Assembly: GCA_002269645.1 (NCBI GenBank)
Contig: NIVC01000894.1
Location: 310,001-374,000 of the forward strand
DNA from: Macrostomum lignano
Lineage: Eukaryota
Length of the DNA: 64,000 nucleotides
Direction: 5' to 3'
Positions 23,801 to 36,660 of the stretch are shown here, piece after piece; within the stretch, counting starts at the first letter, position 1, and each line of letters opens with the position of its first letter. Made by a program: the position numbers and the translations under genes. The notes beneath the pieces are model-generated. The model did no database searches, was not told the origin of the DNA, and worked only from the letters and a program-made list of their open reading frames with translations.

Positions 23801-26074
23801 TGCCTAGAGCAGATGCCTAGAGCAGTTGCAGTTGCCTAGAGCAGTTGCCTAGAGCAGTTGCAGTTGCCTAGAGCAGATGCCTAGAGCAGTTGCAGTTGCC
23901 TAGAGCAGTTGCCTAGAGCAGATGCCTAGAGCAGTTGCAGTTGCCTAGAGCAGTTGCCTAGAGCAGTTGCCTAGAGCATTTGCCTAGAGCAGTTGCCTAG
24001 AGCATTTGCCTAGAGCAGTTGCCTAGAGCAGTTGCCTAGAGCAGTTGCCTAGAGCAGTTGCCTAGAGCAGTTGCAGTTGCCTAGAGCATTTGCAGTTTCC
24101 TAGAGCATTTGCAGTTGCCTAGAGCAGTTGCAGTTGCCTAGAGCAGTTGCCTAGAGCAGTTGCAGTTGCCTAAAGCAGATGCCTAGAGCAGTTGCCTAGA
24201 GCAGTTGCCTAAAGCAGATGCCTAGAGCAGTTGCCTAGAGCAGTTGCCTAAAGCAGATGCCTAGAGCAGTTGCCTAGAGCAGTTGCCTAGAGCAGTTGCC
24301 TAAAGCAGATGCCTAGAGCAGTTGCCTAGAGCAGTTGCCTAAAGCAGATGCCTAGAGCAGTTGCCTAGAGCAGTTGCCTAAAGCAGATGCCTAGAGCAGT
24401 TGCCTAGAGCAGTTGTCTAGAGCAGTTGCCTAGAGCAGTTGTCTAGAGCAGTTGTCTAGAGCAGTTGCCTAGAGCAGTTGTCTAGAGCAGTTGTCTAGAG
24501 CAGTTGTCTAGAGCAGTTGCCTAGAGCAGTTGTCTAGAGCAGTTGTCTAGAGCAGTTGTCTAGAGCAGTTGTCTAGAGCAGTTGTCTAGAGCAGTTGTCT
24601 AGAGCAGTTGTCTAGAGCAGTTGTCTAGAGCAGATGCCTAGAGCAGTTGTCTAGAGCAGTTGCCTAGAGCAGTTGCCTAGAGCAGTTGCCTAGAGCAGTT
24701 GCCTAGAGCAGTTGCCTAGAGCAGTTGCAGTTGCCTAGAGCAGTTGCAGTTGCCTAGAGCAGATGCCTAGAGCAGTTGCCTAGAGCAGTTGCAGTTGCCT
24801 AGAGCAGATGCCTAGAGCAGTTGCCTAGAGCAGTTGCAGTTGCCTAGAGCAGTTGCAGTTGCCTAGAGCAGTTGCAGTTGCCTAGAGCAGATGCCTAGAG
24901 AAGTTGCCTAGAGCAGTTGCAGTTGCCTAGAGCAGTTGCAGTTGCCTAGAGCAGATGCCTAGAGCAGTTGCAGTTGCCTAGAGCAGTTGCCTAGAGCATT
25001 TGCCTAGAGCAGTTGTCTAGAGCAGTTGCCTAGAGCAGTTGTCTAGAGCAGTTGCCTAGAGCAGTTGTCTAGAGCAGTTGTCTAGAGCAGTTTTCTAGAG
25101 CAGTTGCCTAGAGCAGTTGCCTAGAGCAGTTGCCTAGAGCAGTTGCCTAGAGCAGTTGCAGTTGCCTAGAGCAGTTGCAGTTGCCTAGAGCAGATGCCTA
25201 GAGCAGTTGCAGTTGCCTAGAGCAGTTGCCTAGAGCAGTTGCCTAGAGCAGTTGTCTAGAGCAGTTGCAGTTTCCTAGAGCAGTTGCAGTTGCCTAGAGC
25301 AGATGCCTAGAGCAGTTGCAGTTGCCTAGAGCAGTTGCAGTTGCCTAGAGCAGATGCCTAGAGCAGTTGCAGTTGCCTAGAGCAGTTGCCTAGAGCAGTT
25401 GTCTAGAGCAGTTGCAGTTTCCTAGAGCAGTTGTCTAGAGCAGTTGTCTAGAGCAGTTGTCTAGAGCAGTTGCCTAGAGCAGTTGCCTAGAGCAGTTGCC
25501 TAGAGCAGTTGCCTAGAGCAGTTGCAGTTGCCTAGAGCAGTTGCAGTTGCCTAGAGCAGATGCCTAGAGCAGTTGCAGTTGCCTAGAGCAGTTGCCTAGA
25601 GCAGTTGCAGTTGCCTAGAGCAGATGCCTAGAGCAGTTGCAGTTGCCTAGAGCAGTTGCCTAGAGCAGATGCCTAGAGCAGTTGCAGTTGCCTAGAGCAG
25701 TTGCCTAGAGCAGTTGCCTAGAGCATTTGCCTAGAGCAGTTGCCTAGAGCATTTGCCTAGAGCAGTTGCCTAGAGCAGTTGCCTAGAGCAGTTGCCTAGA
25801 GCAGTTGCCTAGAGCAGTTGCAGTTGCCTAGAGCAGTTGCAGTTGCCTAGAGCAGTTGCAGTTGCCTAGAGCAGTTGCAGTTGCCTAGAGCAGTTGCAGT
25901 TGCCTAGAGCAGTTGCAGTTGCCTAGAGCAGTTGCAGTTGCCTAGAGCAGTTGCAGTTGCCTAGAGCAGTTGCAGTTGCCTAGAGCAGTTGCAGTTGCCT
26001 AGAGCAGATGCCTAGAGCATTTGCCTAGAGCAGTTGCCTAGAGCAGTTGCCTAGAGCAGTTGCCTAAGAGCAGT
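20868..26074 (+). repeat. 5.2-kb satellite, 13-bp unit CCTAGAGCAGTTG with TCTAG, CCTAAAGCAGATG and 19-bp variants
   Basis: Direct reading; variant blocks recur (marker tgcagtttcctagagcattt at 20941, 22801, 24091). Confidence 0.97.
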
Positions 26075-26354
26075 CTTTACCAAGCGTTTAATTGACATTT
26101 AACCGAAAAAGAACTTGCAAAATATTTTTTCTAAACTTATAAAGCACGCGTAAGCTGCTGTGTGGTTTCACCATCAGTGTCGAAGCTCAAAGGATGTGAT
26201 TGAAGTGACAACCAAAGAAAGGCATCTGTGATGAACTCCTGGGCGATGCTCTTTGAATATTTAGAGCCATTCATTGTTTACTTATCTATTTAATTTTCGC
26301 TGCACTCCAATTCAATACTGCACAAAATGTTTGACATGTGAGCCACTCAGCTGC

Positions 26355-29300
26355 TCAGTCACTGCCGGAGGCCGCCCGCTCGACCACGTCGATGAACTCG
26401 GAGTAGGTCAGCAGCTTCACGTGCTCGGCTCCAGCGACTGGCACCGAGGCAACCGGCTGCGCCTGCTTGCCGGACCAGTTGACGCAGACATCCAGACTGC
26501 GGATGTTCACCGTTCCGTCGCCGTCGCTGTAGACAATATCCGGCTGCTGGTCAGGAAACTGACGCCCGTTGGTCCAGCGGAACTGGTGCGCCGTCTTCAA
26601 GCCGTGGCCGAACACACAGTGGGTGCGCACGCCCGGTGGCAGGGTCTGATCGGTGAGGTTTCCCAGAGCCTTGAAGTGCCGGTAGCCATGGGGATAGCCG
26701 ATGTCCTGGTACAGGTCGCGGATGTCTTCCTCGGCCAGGGTGTACTTGCGCTGCTTGGTCTCAACGATGGCCAGGGATTCCTCGAACACGAGGCCGGACG
26801 GGTAGAGGTAGTAGGTGCTGGGCCAGCTGCGCTGCGCGTCACGGAACCACAGAGGCCGGATGAAGCCCAGGCCAAGGTTGTAGCCTGAATTCGAAGGGAG
26901 TTTAAAGCAGGTTTCAGACTAGTCTGCTAATCAGTGTGTCTGATCTTACTCGTACAATTAGGATCATTAGTTTGAGCTGCACGTGTCAAATCAAAAGTAA
27001 GGATGCCTTGCACTTGAGGGAGGCGCCAGGACCATCCAGGGACGCCAGCACCAGGGCGCTCTGATCTTAAACTTGGCAGTTACTTCGTTAGTTGCGTCAT
27101 CCAATTCCCAAGTGTCACAAGTGTTCCAGAGAATAAGCGATGGTCTACTAACGAGTAACGTAAATGGAATGTAAAATCGAGACTTTTATGTGTAAAATGC
27201 GATAACTAGCTCAGTGGTAAAGACCAGCTAACGAAGATTGAAGACTGAGAAGCCGGCCATGACGTTTTAAAAATTCCAATCTCACTTTTTAGACGCATGT
27301 GTAGAAGCTCCAGGCCACTAACGACTGAAGTTTTCCAAGTTTCCTGGAACTGACGGCAATTCTACCCATTCCGCTGACTACAAGCGCTTCAATACTGTAC
27401 TCCCACGCTCCCGCTCCCACGCTCCCACAGGGTGTACAGCGGCTCTGACTTTCATATCGTCAGTTGATGTACACACTCAGTGCCTTGGGGGTTGGCCTTC
27501 ATGGGTGTGATTCAGAGGACAACCCCTTAGCCAATTTTCGTGCAGTGTTCTAGTCTTGAATTTGGATGGCATTAAGCAGCAGAGCCCTAGAGAGCAGAGT
27601 CTCACCAGACACTGAGGCGAGCACAGATGAGGCCGAGCCGCCAAACGGACCAGCGGCTGCGACAAAGTCCTTGACGTACTTGTCCTTCCATGCCTGGCTG
27701 CGGCTGTGCAAAAAGTGCAGGATGACCTTGCAGCCAAGGCTGTGACCGACAATCACGACGGGCTTGTTGCCGTTGGCTGCGTAGGAGCGCTCGATTAGGG
27801 CGCCCAGCTGTACGAAGTACTCGGACATCTCGTCTGCGGGTTATCGATCGGGTCCGGGGCACGTAACTTGTGGCGTAGGTAAAAACATTGAATTATGAGT
27901 ACAGATGACCCCATTCTGTGTACAGGTCATTGGATTTTGTGTACAGATCATTGGATTATGTGTACATAGCATTGGATTTTGTGTACAGATCATTGGATTA
28001 TGTGTAAAGATCATTGGCCGGATTATGTGTACAGATCATTGGATTATGTGTAAAGATCATTGGCCGGATTATGTGTACAGATCATTGGATTCTGTGTACC
28101 GATCATTTGATTCTGTGTACCGATCATTTGATTCTGTGTACCGATCGTTGGATTCTGTGTACCGATCGTTGGATTATGTGTACCGATCGTTGGATTATGT
28201 GTACCGATCATTGGATTCTGTGGGCCGATCATTGGATTCTGTGGGCCGATCATTGGATTATGTGTACATAGCATTGGCCGGATTATGTGTACAGATCATT
28301 GGATTCTGTGTACCGATCATTTGATCCTGTGTACCGATCGTTGGATTCTGTGTACCGATCGTTGGATTATGTGTACCGATCATTGGATTCTGTGGGCCGA
28401 TCATTGGATTCTGTGGGCCGATCGTTGGATTCTGTGTACCGATCGTTGGATTCTGTGGGCCGATCATTTCCTTTATTAACCACTAAATTGTCATAAAATG
28501 CGAGCTAGCAAAAAACAATTCTAAAGCCTCACTGGGAGCCCTCCGGAAGTCGAACGGAGCACCGACAATGTCGACGCCGCGACGGTAGCCTAGCTTCTTG
28601 ACCAGGTGATCCACCAGCTTGTTGTAATAGCCGGCTAAATGATTAAGGTAAGTACATGCAGGTATGAATCAACTACAGTTCTATAGAGAATTATTTAAAT
28701 AAACCAGATCGCTAAACAAGAACAGTTTTACTCTGCTCAATCTTAACGTCCGATAGCCATTCGACCGTCTCGGTCTCGCCGAAGCCCGGGACCACGATGC
28801 TCACTCCGTCATTGTCACGTGACCGACCAGTGTTAGGGTCGAACTTCATTCTGCTCAAGATGTGTGTTGGATATTTGCATGAATTGTCATAAGGTGCGAT
28901 TGGACATGCTTCCGGTTTCCAAATAAAACACAAGTATATGTGCTTGTTTGATGGAGACGCACTCAATGTTATCAAGCTATGATTTCATGAAATGCTACTG
29001 GAGAGAGAAAAGCAAGAAAAAGTTTCATAAACTCCGAGAAATAAACTCCGAACTCCGAGAACCTGCGATTGAAATAAAAATTGACTCACTCCAGTTTGTA
29101 AGCCAGACAGTGCACCGCAGGGTAGGCCAGGTTAATTAGGTCGAGCCAAGCCATCACCGGTTTGTCCGTGTTCCTCTCGCAGTACCAGTGGTTGTTGGCA
29201 CCGTTCAGGTTCGCCCACAGCTGGTTGCCGCCATCGCCTGGCACTGTGAGGGGGATAACAAGGATATGTCTAGCAGGTTACAAGGATGTGTCTAACATGT

Positions 29301-30022
29301 AACAAGGATGTGTCTAACAGGTAACAAGGATGTGTCTACCAGGTAACAAGGATGTGTCTAACAGTTAACAAGGATGTGTCTAACAGGTAACAAGGATGTG
29401 TCTAACAGTTAACAAGGATGTGTCTAACAGGTAACAAGGATGTGTCTAACATGTAACAAGGATGTGTCTAACAGGTAACAAGGATGTGTCTAACAGTTAA
29501 CAAGGATGTGTCTAACAGGTAACAAGGATGTGTCTAACATGTAACAAGGATGTGTCTAACAGGTAACAAGGATGTGTCTAACAGGTGACAAGGATATGTC
29601 TAACAGGTTGCAAGGATGTGTCTAACAGGTAACAAGGATGTGTCTAACAGGTAACAAGAATATGTCTAACAGGTATCAACGATATGTATGTCTCACAGGT
29701 AACAAGGATAGCTACGTCTGACTGGTGACAAGGATACGTCTAACAGCTAGGTAACAACGATATGTATGTCTAAAAGGTAACAAGGATAGCTACGTCTAAC
29801 AGGTAAAAAGGACATGTCTAACAGGTAACAAGGATATGTTCAACAGGTAAACAAGGATTTGACCAATAGACGAGACGCTCTATATCTCGCCTAACAGACA
29901 TGATGTCATGTCTCAGGTGCATTTGAACCTGACTCACCCAGAATCACTGGCGTATTGAAGGCGGCAGCACCAGAGGCTGCAGCTGTGAGCCACACCAAAC
30001 CGAGCGCAAAGCAGTGGATCAT
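26355..30022 (-). CDS. PLA2G15: Lysosomal phospholipase A2 / LCAT family; join(30022..29938,29243..29090,28850..28732,28634..28533,27833..27606,26884..26355), 405 aa
   Basis: Signal peptide, then PVILVPGDGGNQL, VPGFGET, GAPFDFRRAP, nucleophile GHSLG, DGDGTVN (Asp) and AEH (His). All introns GT-AG with consistent phases; total 1218 nt. Orthology versus LCAT not tested. Confidence 0.92.
27895..28466 (+). repeat. 21-bp minisatellite in PLA2G15 intron 4
   Basis: Unit TGTGTACCGATCATTGGATTC and variants, period 21. Confidence 0.95.
29255..29850 (+). repeat. 22-bp minisatellite in PLA2G15 intron 1
   Basis: Unit GGTAACAAGGATGTGTCTAACA, period 22. Confidence 0.95.
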
Positions 30023-30468
30023 GTTCGAGTGGGTGACCTTGTGTGTCTCAATTTCTGTCAGTGCAGCAAGTTTACCAGAGTATCATGAACTCGTTTTTTG
30101 CAGCTAATTTATAGAAGCAAGAATGCTCAGGACCATGCATGCAGTGAATACAGATCTTGCAGAAGTTGAGTTCCCATTGTTGCGAGAAAATTTGTTACTA
30201 GGCCACTCAAACTTTTACAAATTGTCCCCTCTAAATCCATGGATGAGCACATGCCGTCTTCCCATGGTGCTCGAACGAAGCCTAGCAATTTCTGTACTTA
30301 TCTGAAAGGCTTCATGAAACGCATAGAGAACAGAGCCTAAATTCTAATTGGAGCCGTCTTGTTTGCATAAAAAGTTCATAGATCTAAGATCTGATTTGGG
30401 AGAAACCATAATGGATTGGGAAACTTTCTCACAGTGCAAGTTTAAACACATTCCGTACTTTAGGGAAT

Positions 30469-30960
30469 GGAGAGGCAGATCTGAGGATCTGGTAGAGCGG
30501 AGAGGCAGATCTGAGGATCTGGTAGAGCGGAGAGGCAGATCTGAGGATCTGGTAGAGCGAAGAGGCAGATCTGAGGATCTGGTAGAGCGGAGAGGCAGAT
30601 CTGAGGATCTGGTAGAGCGGAGAGGCAGATCTGAGGATCTGGTAGAGCGGAGAGGCAGATCTGAGGATCTGGTAGAGCGGAGAGGCAGATCTGAGGATCT
30701 GGTAGAGCGGAGAGGCAGATCTGAGGATCTGGTAGAGCGGAGAGGCAGATCTGAGGATCTGGTAGAGCGGAGAGGCAGATCTGAGGATCTGGTAGAGCGG
30801 AGAGGCAGATCTGAGGATCTGGTAGAGCGGAGAGGCAGATCTGAGGATCTGGTAGAGCGGAGAGGCAGATCTGAGGATCTGGTAGAGCGGAGAGGCAGAT
30901 CTGAGGATCTGGTAGAGCGGAGAGGCAGATCTGAGGATCTGGTAGAGCGGAGAGGCAGAT
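30469..30960 (+). repeat. Near-perfect 30-bp minisatellite, about 16 copies
   Basis: Unit GGAGAGGCAGATCTGAGGATCTGGTAGAGC, one visible substitution. Confidence 0.97.
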
Positions 30961-31171
30961 AAAAAACAAAAACGGAAGAAGCTGCTTCAACGATATTTCA
31001 GACTGATATTAACCATTATCTGGAAAATTTCCAAGCTTCATTCATGAATAACCGTCTGGTCTATATTTGAATTTTCTCGTCTCTCCCTCATTTTATGTTA
31101 ATGCCAGGGTCGCTGTCCCAGCCCAGTACATTGGTTTCTCATCGCGCATTATCGATTCCGCGACTTAAGTT

Positions 31172-31265
31172 CCCAGATTGTGTCTCCAGATTGTGTCTTC
31201 AGATTGTGTCTCCAGATTGTGTCTCCAGATTGTGTCTCCAGATTGTGTCTCTAGATTGTGTCTTC
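31172..31265 (+). repeat. 13-bp tandem repeat CCAGATTGTGTCT
   Basis: About 7 copies, direct reading. Confidence 0.85.
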
Positions 31266-31845
31266 AAACTGCGTCTCTGTACTGTGTCTTCAAGTAGTCT
31301 CCAAAACTTGTCTGGCAATTTTTCTTTCATTTTATTCTCTGGCAAACTAATAACAGCCTTACCATGGTCAAAATCAAATGGCAGCATTCCGCTCGATGTT
31401 CAAACACCCATCAAGCAGAATCAAGCAAACGATTCGGTCTTCAGGTCATGTCTCGCTCTGTGCTGCAGTGTAAAAATTCAGTTGAGGCATCAATCAACCT
31501 ATGCGCTACTCTTCTGTTGCTCCGACCGTGCAGCAAAGAATTTATTTAACGAATTCATTTTGAATTTTTTAGTCAGGAACCGATTTAAGCTGGATTAAGA
31601 GGGAACCTACAAAAGAGAATTCGTAAGCTTGACTGCAGTAATTCTGTACTTTCTAAGCTACACTGTCAGTCAGTCTGTGGGGCTGGGGTTTGTCTGCATG
31701 AGCCTCGTAACCTGATTGGGTGTGGCCACTCCCTGTTTACTTGCAGATTTGTCCAAGCCATAAATATAGGGAGGGGAAGAAGATAATATTGGATACATGC
31801 AGCTAGAGCATAACGAGTGAGCTTAGAGTCTAGTCTGAGAGCGGC

Positions 31846-33619
31846 ATGGGACAGAGACATCCGGCTGTGTCCCAGGAGAGCTCGGGCAGTGAGCAGCATG
31901 TCAGGCTGTCAGCCCTGCACTGGGCCATCGTTGTTGGCGAGAGCGAAGTCGCCCAGCGACTGTTGGAACGAAAATCGACAGCGCGGCCTGATATATCGAG
32001 AATCAACTCGTACGATGGGTATGTTGGCAATTAAAAGACCCTTAAGATTGAATCATATTTTTTAATATGTTTGCGGTTGAGTAATTGATTCTTCATCTGC
32101 ATGCAGTCCCGAGTTGCTAAACGAGTCAAGTCTAACTGGGCAGCAACAAACAGAGCAACTGGTCCGGCCGCAGCTGTACCTGGACTACCGAGGTCGGACC
32201 ACGTTCGGCATTCAGGTCAGCTACTCGCAGACTCCTCTAGCCTTGGCGGTCCAGTTTCACCAGTGGGACACTTTTAAACGGCTAGTCCAGAGTGCCGCGT
32301 CGCATCCCGAGGCTCAACAACGGATGCTGGTTGCTTCATCGTGCTCAGCCAGGCTCAGCGGTACTCGACGCTGCAGTACGCGAGATTTTGGCAACGCGCT
32401 GGAGCTGCTGGTCTGGTCGCTGACCCAGGCGCAGTACTGTCCGAGTCACCTGACCGAGTGCGAGCTGCTTGAGCTGTTCCGGCTCACCGTGCGACAAAGC
32501 GGAGCTAACCAGATCCGTCTGCCCCAGCAGTTGCTCCAGCGCCTGTGCCACGCCGCCATGCTCGATCTGGTCTACCGGAACGGCGCCGCAGTGCATCGAA
32601 TCGAGGCGAGCACGGCGCTGCACAGGTGCGCATTGGCCGCGCTGAAATGCCTGGCGCAGCACGGCATGTTGATGCGGTACCGAGACTGCTGGCAGGTAAG
32701 CTTCATTTCCGTTTTTGGCTGGATACAGTTTGGATATCGGTCAAAGCCAGCTTAATCCACCACCAACCTCCGCTTGAGAGACTGCAGACGTTCAACGTGA
32801 AATTCCTAGTTTTTATCCTCACTTATCCTCATTTAAGAGAGTCGCTCTCGACAGAAGATAGTTCATGGTTAGCAGGGTTGTAGACTTAAGATGGTAACTC
32901 GTACACGTAAATAAAAAGCGACGTATCCTCCTTAACCTGTACCAATTAAATCGCCCGCATCCTCAAGTTTTTATTTCATTTTTTATGCTGTCGTTCCTAC
33001 GCTAGAGGGCGCAATTAACACCAGCAAATCAAATTAACCCACCCAGGCACCAAGCGAACTGCCATCACTGCACAGAGCCTGCTGTCCCAGTCTGATTGGT
33101 AGGCAGCTGTCCCTGTACCACCTGCTGCTCTGCTTCCTCACCGACTCCGCCAGTGTACGCGAGCTCCGCTCCAGTCGTCGGCTTCGTCTGCTGCTCTGCC
33201 TACTGTTGAACGCCATCTACGGCGACGGCGTGAGCCTGCCAGACAGCGTCTTCGAGTTGGCCGACTCGGCAACAAGCTGCACGCGATTGTTCTGGCGCTA
33301 CTACGCTGTCATCAAGGGCAGGCCCGATGCTCCGGCTATTGACTGGGCCGATTTCAACGCTTTGTCGTCGGCTCATCGACGTTTCAAACGGTTCTGCAAC
33401 AAGCAGCCGATCCGTTTGGCAATTCTAGCCAGGAATGCCGTGCGCAAGCGGCTTCTGGACTGCCTAGCCGCTCTGTCGAACTCGACAGGCAACTTTGCCG
33501 GGTCGGTGGCTCGATTGCCGCTGAAACGTCGGCTGCGTCAGGCGGTGGAGTTCATGGACGAGAAATATCTGGACGATGAGATTTCCGGCATTTTGGTGCG
33601 GATCGGATGCGCGAACTAG
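31846..33619 (+). CDS. Ankyrin-repeat and SOCS-box protein (ASB-like); join(31846..32018,32107..32695,33047..33619), about 444 aa
   Basis: Ankyrin-like SALHWAIVVGESEVAQRLL and TPLALAVQFHQWDTFKRLV; C-terminal PIRLAILARNAVRKRL...LPLKRRLRQAVEF fits BC box and cullin box. GT-AG junctions keep the frame. The 5' start is uncertain. Confidence 0.72.
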
Positions 33620-35926
33620 AGGGAGTTTAAGATGATGCGATTGCCGCAAAAAAAGGGATTTGATCGAAGCTGGAAAATTAAATCGTGTCTATATGAAATT
33701 GCCTAACCTCTTCAAGGCTTAAGTCTAGGCTAAAGTTTTTAACCTCATCAAGCCGATGTCTGAAAATACATTAAAGGATCAGTTTCTGCTGGCCCCCAGT
33801 CAGCAGGGATGGCCTGCATAGACTATAGGGGTCGGAAAACTCCAACCCATGGGCCACATGCGGCCCGCGAAGCCTCTCTATCCGGGCCTCGGGTCCTTTG
33901 AAACGTCTCTTCTCTCTCCTCTTTCTCCTCTCTTCTTTCTCCTCTCCTCTCTTCTCCATTCTCTAATCTCTTCTCTCCCTTCTCTCTCTCTCCTCTCCTC
34001 TCTCCTCACTCGTCTACCTCGCAGCCACGAGCTAGATTCTAAATCTGCCTTTTAAGTTAGGAAATCGTGTCGAACTCAGCCATGGACTATCGCTGCCATT
34101 TCAACACTCTGCTAAGCGAAGCCTTTCCAACCAAAGAATGAAGCTATACAAAAGACTTGGCTGTACAGTATACTGTACATTGTGTACGGACTAGATTGGC
34201 CAGCTACGCTCGTATGTGATTGCTGTACAGTTTAACAAGTAAAATTCAGTAGATCGACCTGTCTTCAAAGACAATTCTAACTATCTGGGGGCGATTCTGT
34301 GATCAGCGTTGCTATGCACGTTCTTATGACGTACAGCATATTATCTGTTAAAAGTGCAAACATAGCTGATTCCAATTCAAGCTCTGCTTTGAATGCATGG
34401 TCAATAATCAACTTTATCCATGTCAATTCATCCATGTCATCATCCATGTCATCCATGTAAATTCATTTAGAAGCACAAATTTCTACTGAGTGTTGCCATT
34501 AGCTAATAATGATTTTTTTCCAAATTTTCTTGAACGGACAAAACATGCAATTAGATAATCCAGATGGTGAAATATTTGGAATTTATTGATTAAAAGTAGG
34601 ATCCAGCGAAATAAGCACGATTTTTACGTGTAGCATCTTTCTATACGCAATTGTTCATCGTTGGCATAGAAGTACTCGTAGTTCAAAAGATTTCTAAAAA
34701 AGCAGCAAATCAACCAAAAGCAACGCGCGTAGACTCGTGCTTCAGCCTGACTCTGGTGATGTAGATCAAAAGAGATCGCTGCTAAATGTTGAGGCGACTC
34801 GTGATACAGAAGATCAAAAATCCCTGTGAGACCCCGCGACTACTACAGATACAGCTCTCCGAGCATGGAATACACGAGTAGCTTTGAGACGAGGATGATC
34901 TCTCTTTGGATTTTTTTCCCTGCAGAAGTGCTGAGCCGCGATCGCTCCCGCCTAAATCCCGAGGAGATTTACAAGCCGGAAACTCATGCAGTCATCCGAT
35001 GCAGCAGCATTACATAGATTTATGAGGATGCAGCGATGCAGCTAATATGCTTTACAAAAATACTACTGTAGTATATGTGTAGCAAACTATAATGTATGTG
35101 ATTTAAAGTACCTTCTGTATTAATAAAAAAGTGTAGGAACAATCGTATAATCAAACACTCACAATTAAGAGAGATTCTTTAACCTAATTAGTAAAATAAC
35201 AGTCAGTTTTTTTCTGTCTTTAAAAAAGCTTTATAATCTAAAATTACATCAGCAGAGTGTGATGTAAATCCGCCGTAAAGTTACATGCAGGTCTTGTGAA
35301 AAACAAGTAAGAAAACCTTGACAGTATGCTTACAACTTGAATCGGGCCTAATATACGAATGAATATTGGAGAAAAACATACGAGACCATAAACTGTGCCT
35401 ACTATAGATGTACCAGCCATTAACTTCCCTATGTGTACTTAAAACTCAAACCTTAGATATTAAAGTGCATTTTGCTCGTTAAAAAAAGAGACCAACCGCA
35501 CAAGCTAAAGAAGTCAGCTAGGAAATTGTTTATCAAGCTCAAAGTCAATCTTCAATTCGACATACTTGACTGGCCCCCGAACAAAAATCGAAAGATACAC
35601 GCAACTCCCACGGTACTCAACGCTGCTGCAAACGGTCGAAAACTTGGCGGTACACTTCGAGTACTTCAACGATGACGTTCTGATTAACACACACTTCAGT
35701 CTGCCATCACCCTCACACAAAAGCAATTGTCTACTGCCTATGCACAGTGTAGACACCACAAAGAACTCCAGCCTGCTGTATAGCGTATGCCATTCCTTGA
35801 TTGGGGTCGAGCAGATTCTGAAAGTGCGAATGTACTTTTACAAGGAAATAAGAGCTATAGCGACAAATGCAACTGAGGCTTAAATCCATCCATTTTTAGC
35901 ACAGCACGCATGCAATCTTCGACGCA

Positions 35927-36256
35927 ATAATAATAATAACAATAATAATAATAATATTAATAATAATAACAACTCCAGCCTAATGGGCAGATGGGCTACC
36001 GACAACTCAGCCGCAGCTATTGCGCGGCGCCTCTGAAGGCTGCGTACGGCTGTTCAGTCCAAGGACTGTTGGGTCTCTACATACACCCTCAATTACCTCA
36101 GCTAATGCTAGCACCTATTTTACAGCTGAACTGCAGCGATGCAGAGTTAAGTGTCTTGCTCAAGGACACAAATTGTCCCGAGTGGGCGAGTGGGTCAAGA
36201 ATCGAACCCCCAACCTACAAGCCATTAGTCCGACGCTTTCACCACTGGGCTACAAC
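35927..36256 (-). mobile_element. tRNA-derived SINE with CORE-like central domain and (TTA)n tail
   Basis: Minus strand: A box TAGCCCAGTGGT, B box GGTTCGATTC, then TGTGTCCTTGAGCAAGACACTTAAC..CTGTAAAATAGG, ending in the (AAT)n run at 35927-35970. Confidence 0.75.
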
Positions 36257-36539
36257 ATGCCATATCGACGCAGTGCAAAACAACAAAAACGTGAATCCAA
36301 GTTCACTTCAAAGCGCTCCTGTCTAAGCCCAGACTTTAAATTTATCTGTCTAAGGGACGGATTGGCAACTGGAAGAATTATTTTACTGTAACTGTTAACA
36401 AAACTCATTCAATGAGTGATTTTTGAGCGGCTAGAGCCACTTGGACAGAAGTTCATGTACGAATAGGAGTGTAGCCAGGATTTTGTATTAGAGGGGTACT
36501 AGCGCGGGGCGATATTACATGTAATTAGGGTAACAAAAG

Positions 36540-36660
36540 AGGCGCCAGCACATAGGCTTTGTAGCACTAAGGGGCGCCAGCACCAAGGGGCACCAGCACC
36601 AAGGGGCGCCAGCACCAAGGGCGCCAGCACCAAGGGGCGCCAGCACCAAGGGGCGCCATA
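36540..36660 (+). repeat. Short GC-rich tandem repeat GGGGCGCCAGCACCAA within a MITE-like segment
   Basis: About 6 copies of a 15-16 bp unit. Confidence 0.75.

Noticed and set aside
20868-26074. CRISPR-like array
   Set aside because: No unique spacers, no cas genes, eukaryotic context; the same applies to the other arrays.
26274-26888. 204-aa plus-strand ORF
   Set aside because: Antisense shadow of the GC-rich last exon of PLA2G15.
27905-28496. Overlapping repetitive ORFs
   Set aside because: 21-bp minisatellite inside a PLA2G15 intron.
30348-30990. 204-aa and 176-aa repeat ORFs
   Set aside because: Translations of the 30-bp VNTR; no splice or domain support.
35514-35883. Overlapping ORFs on both strands with coding-like composition
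   Set aside because: No recognisable motif or consistent exon chain; could be an unrecognised exon or TE remnant. Needs BLASTX.
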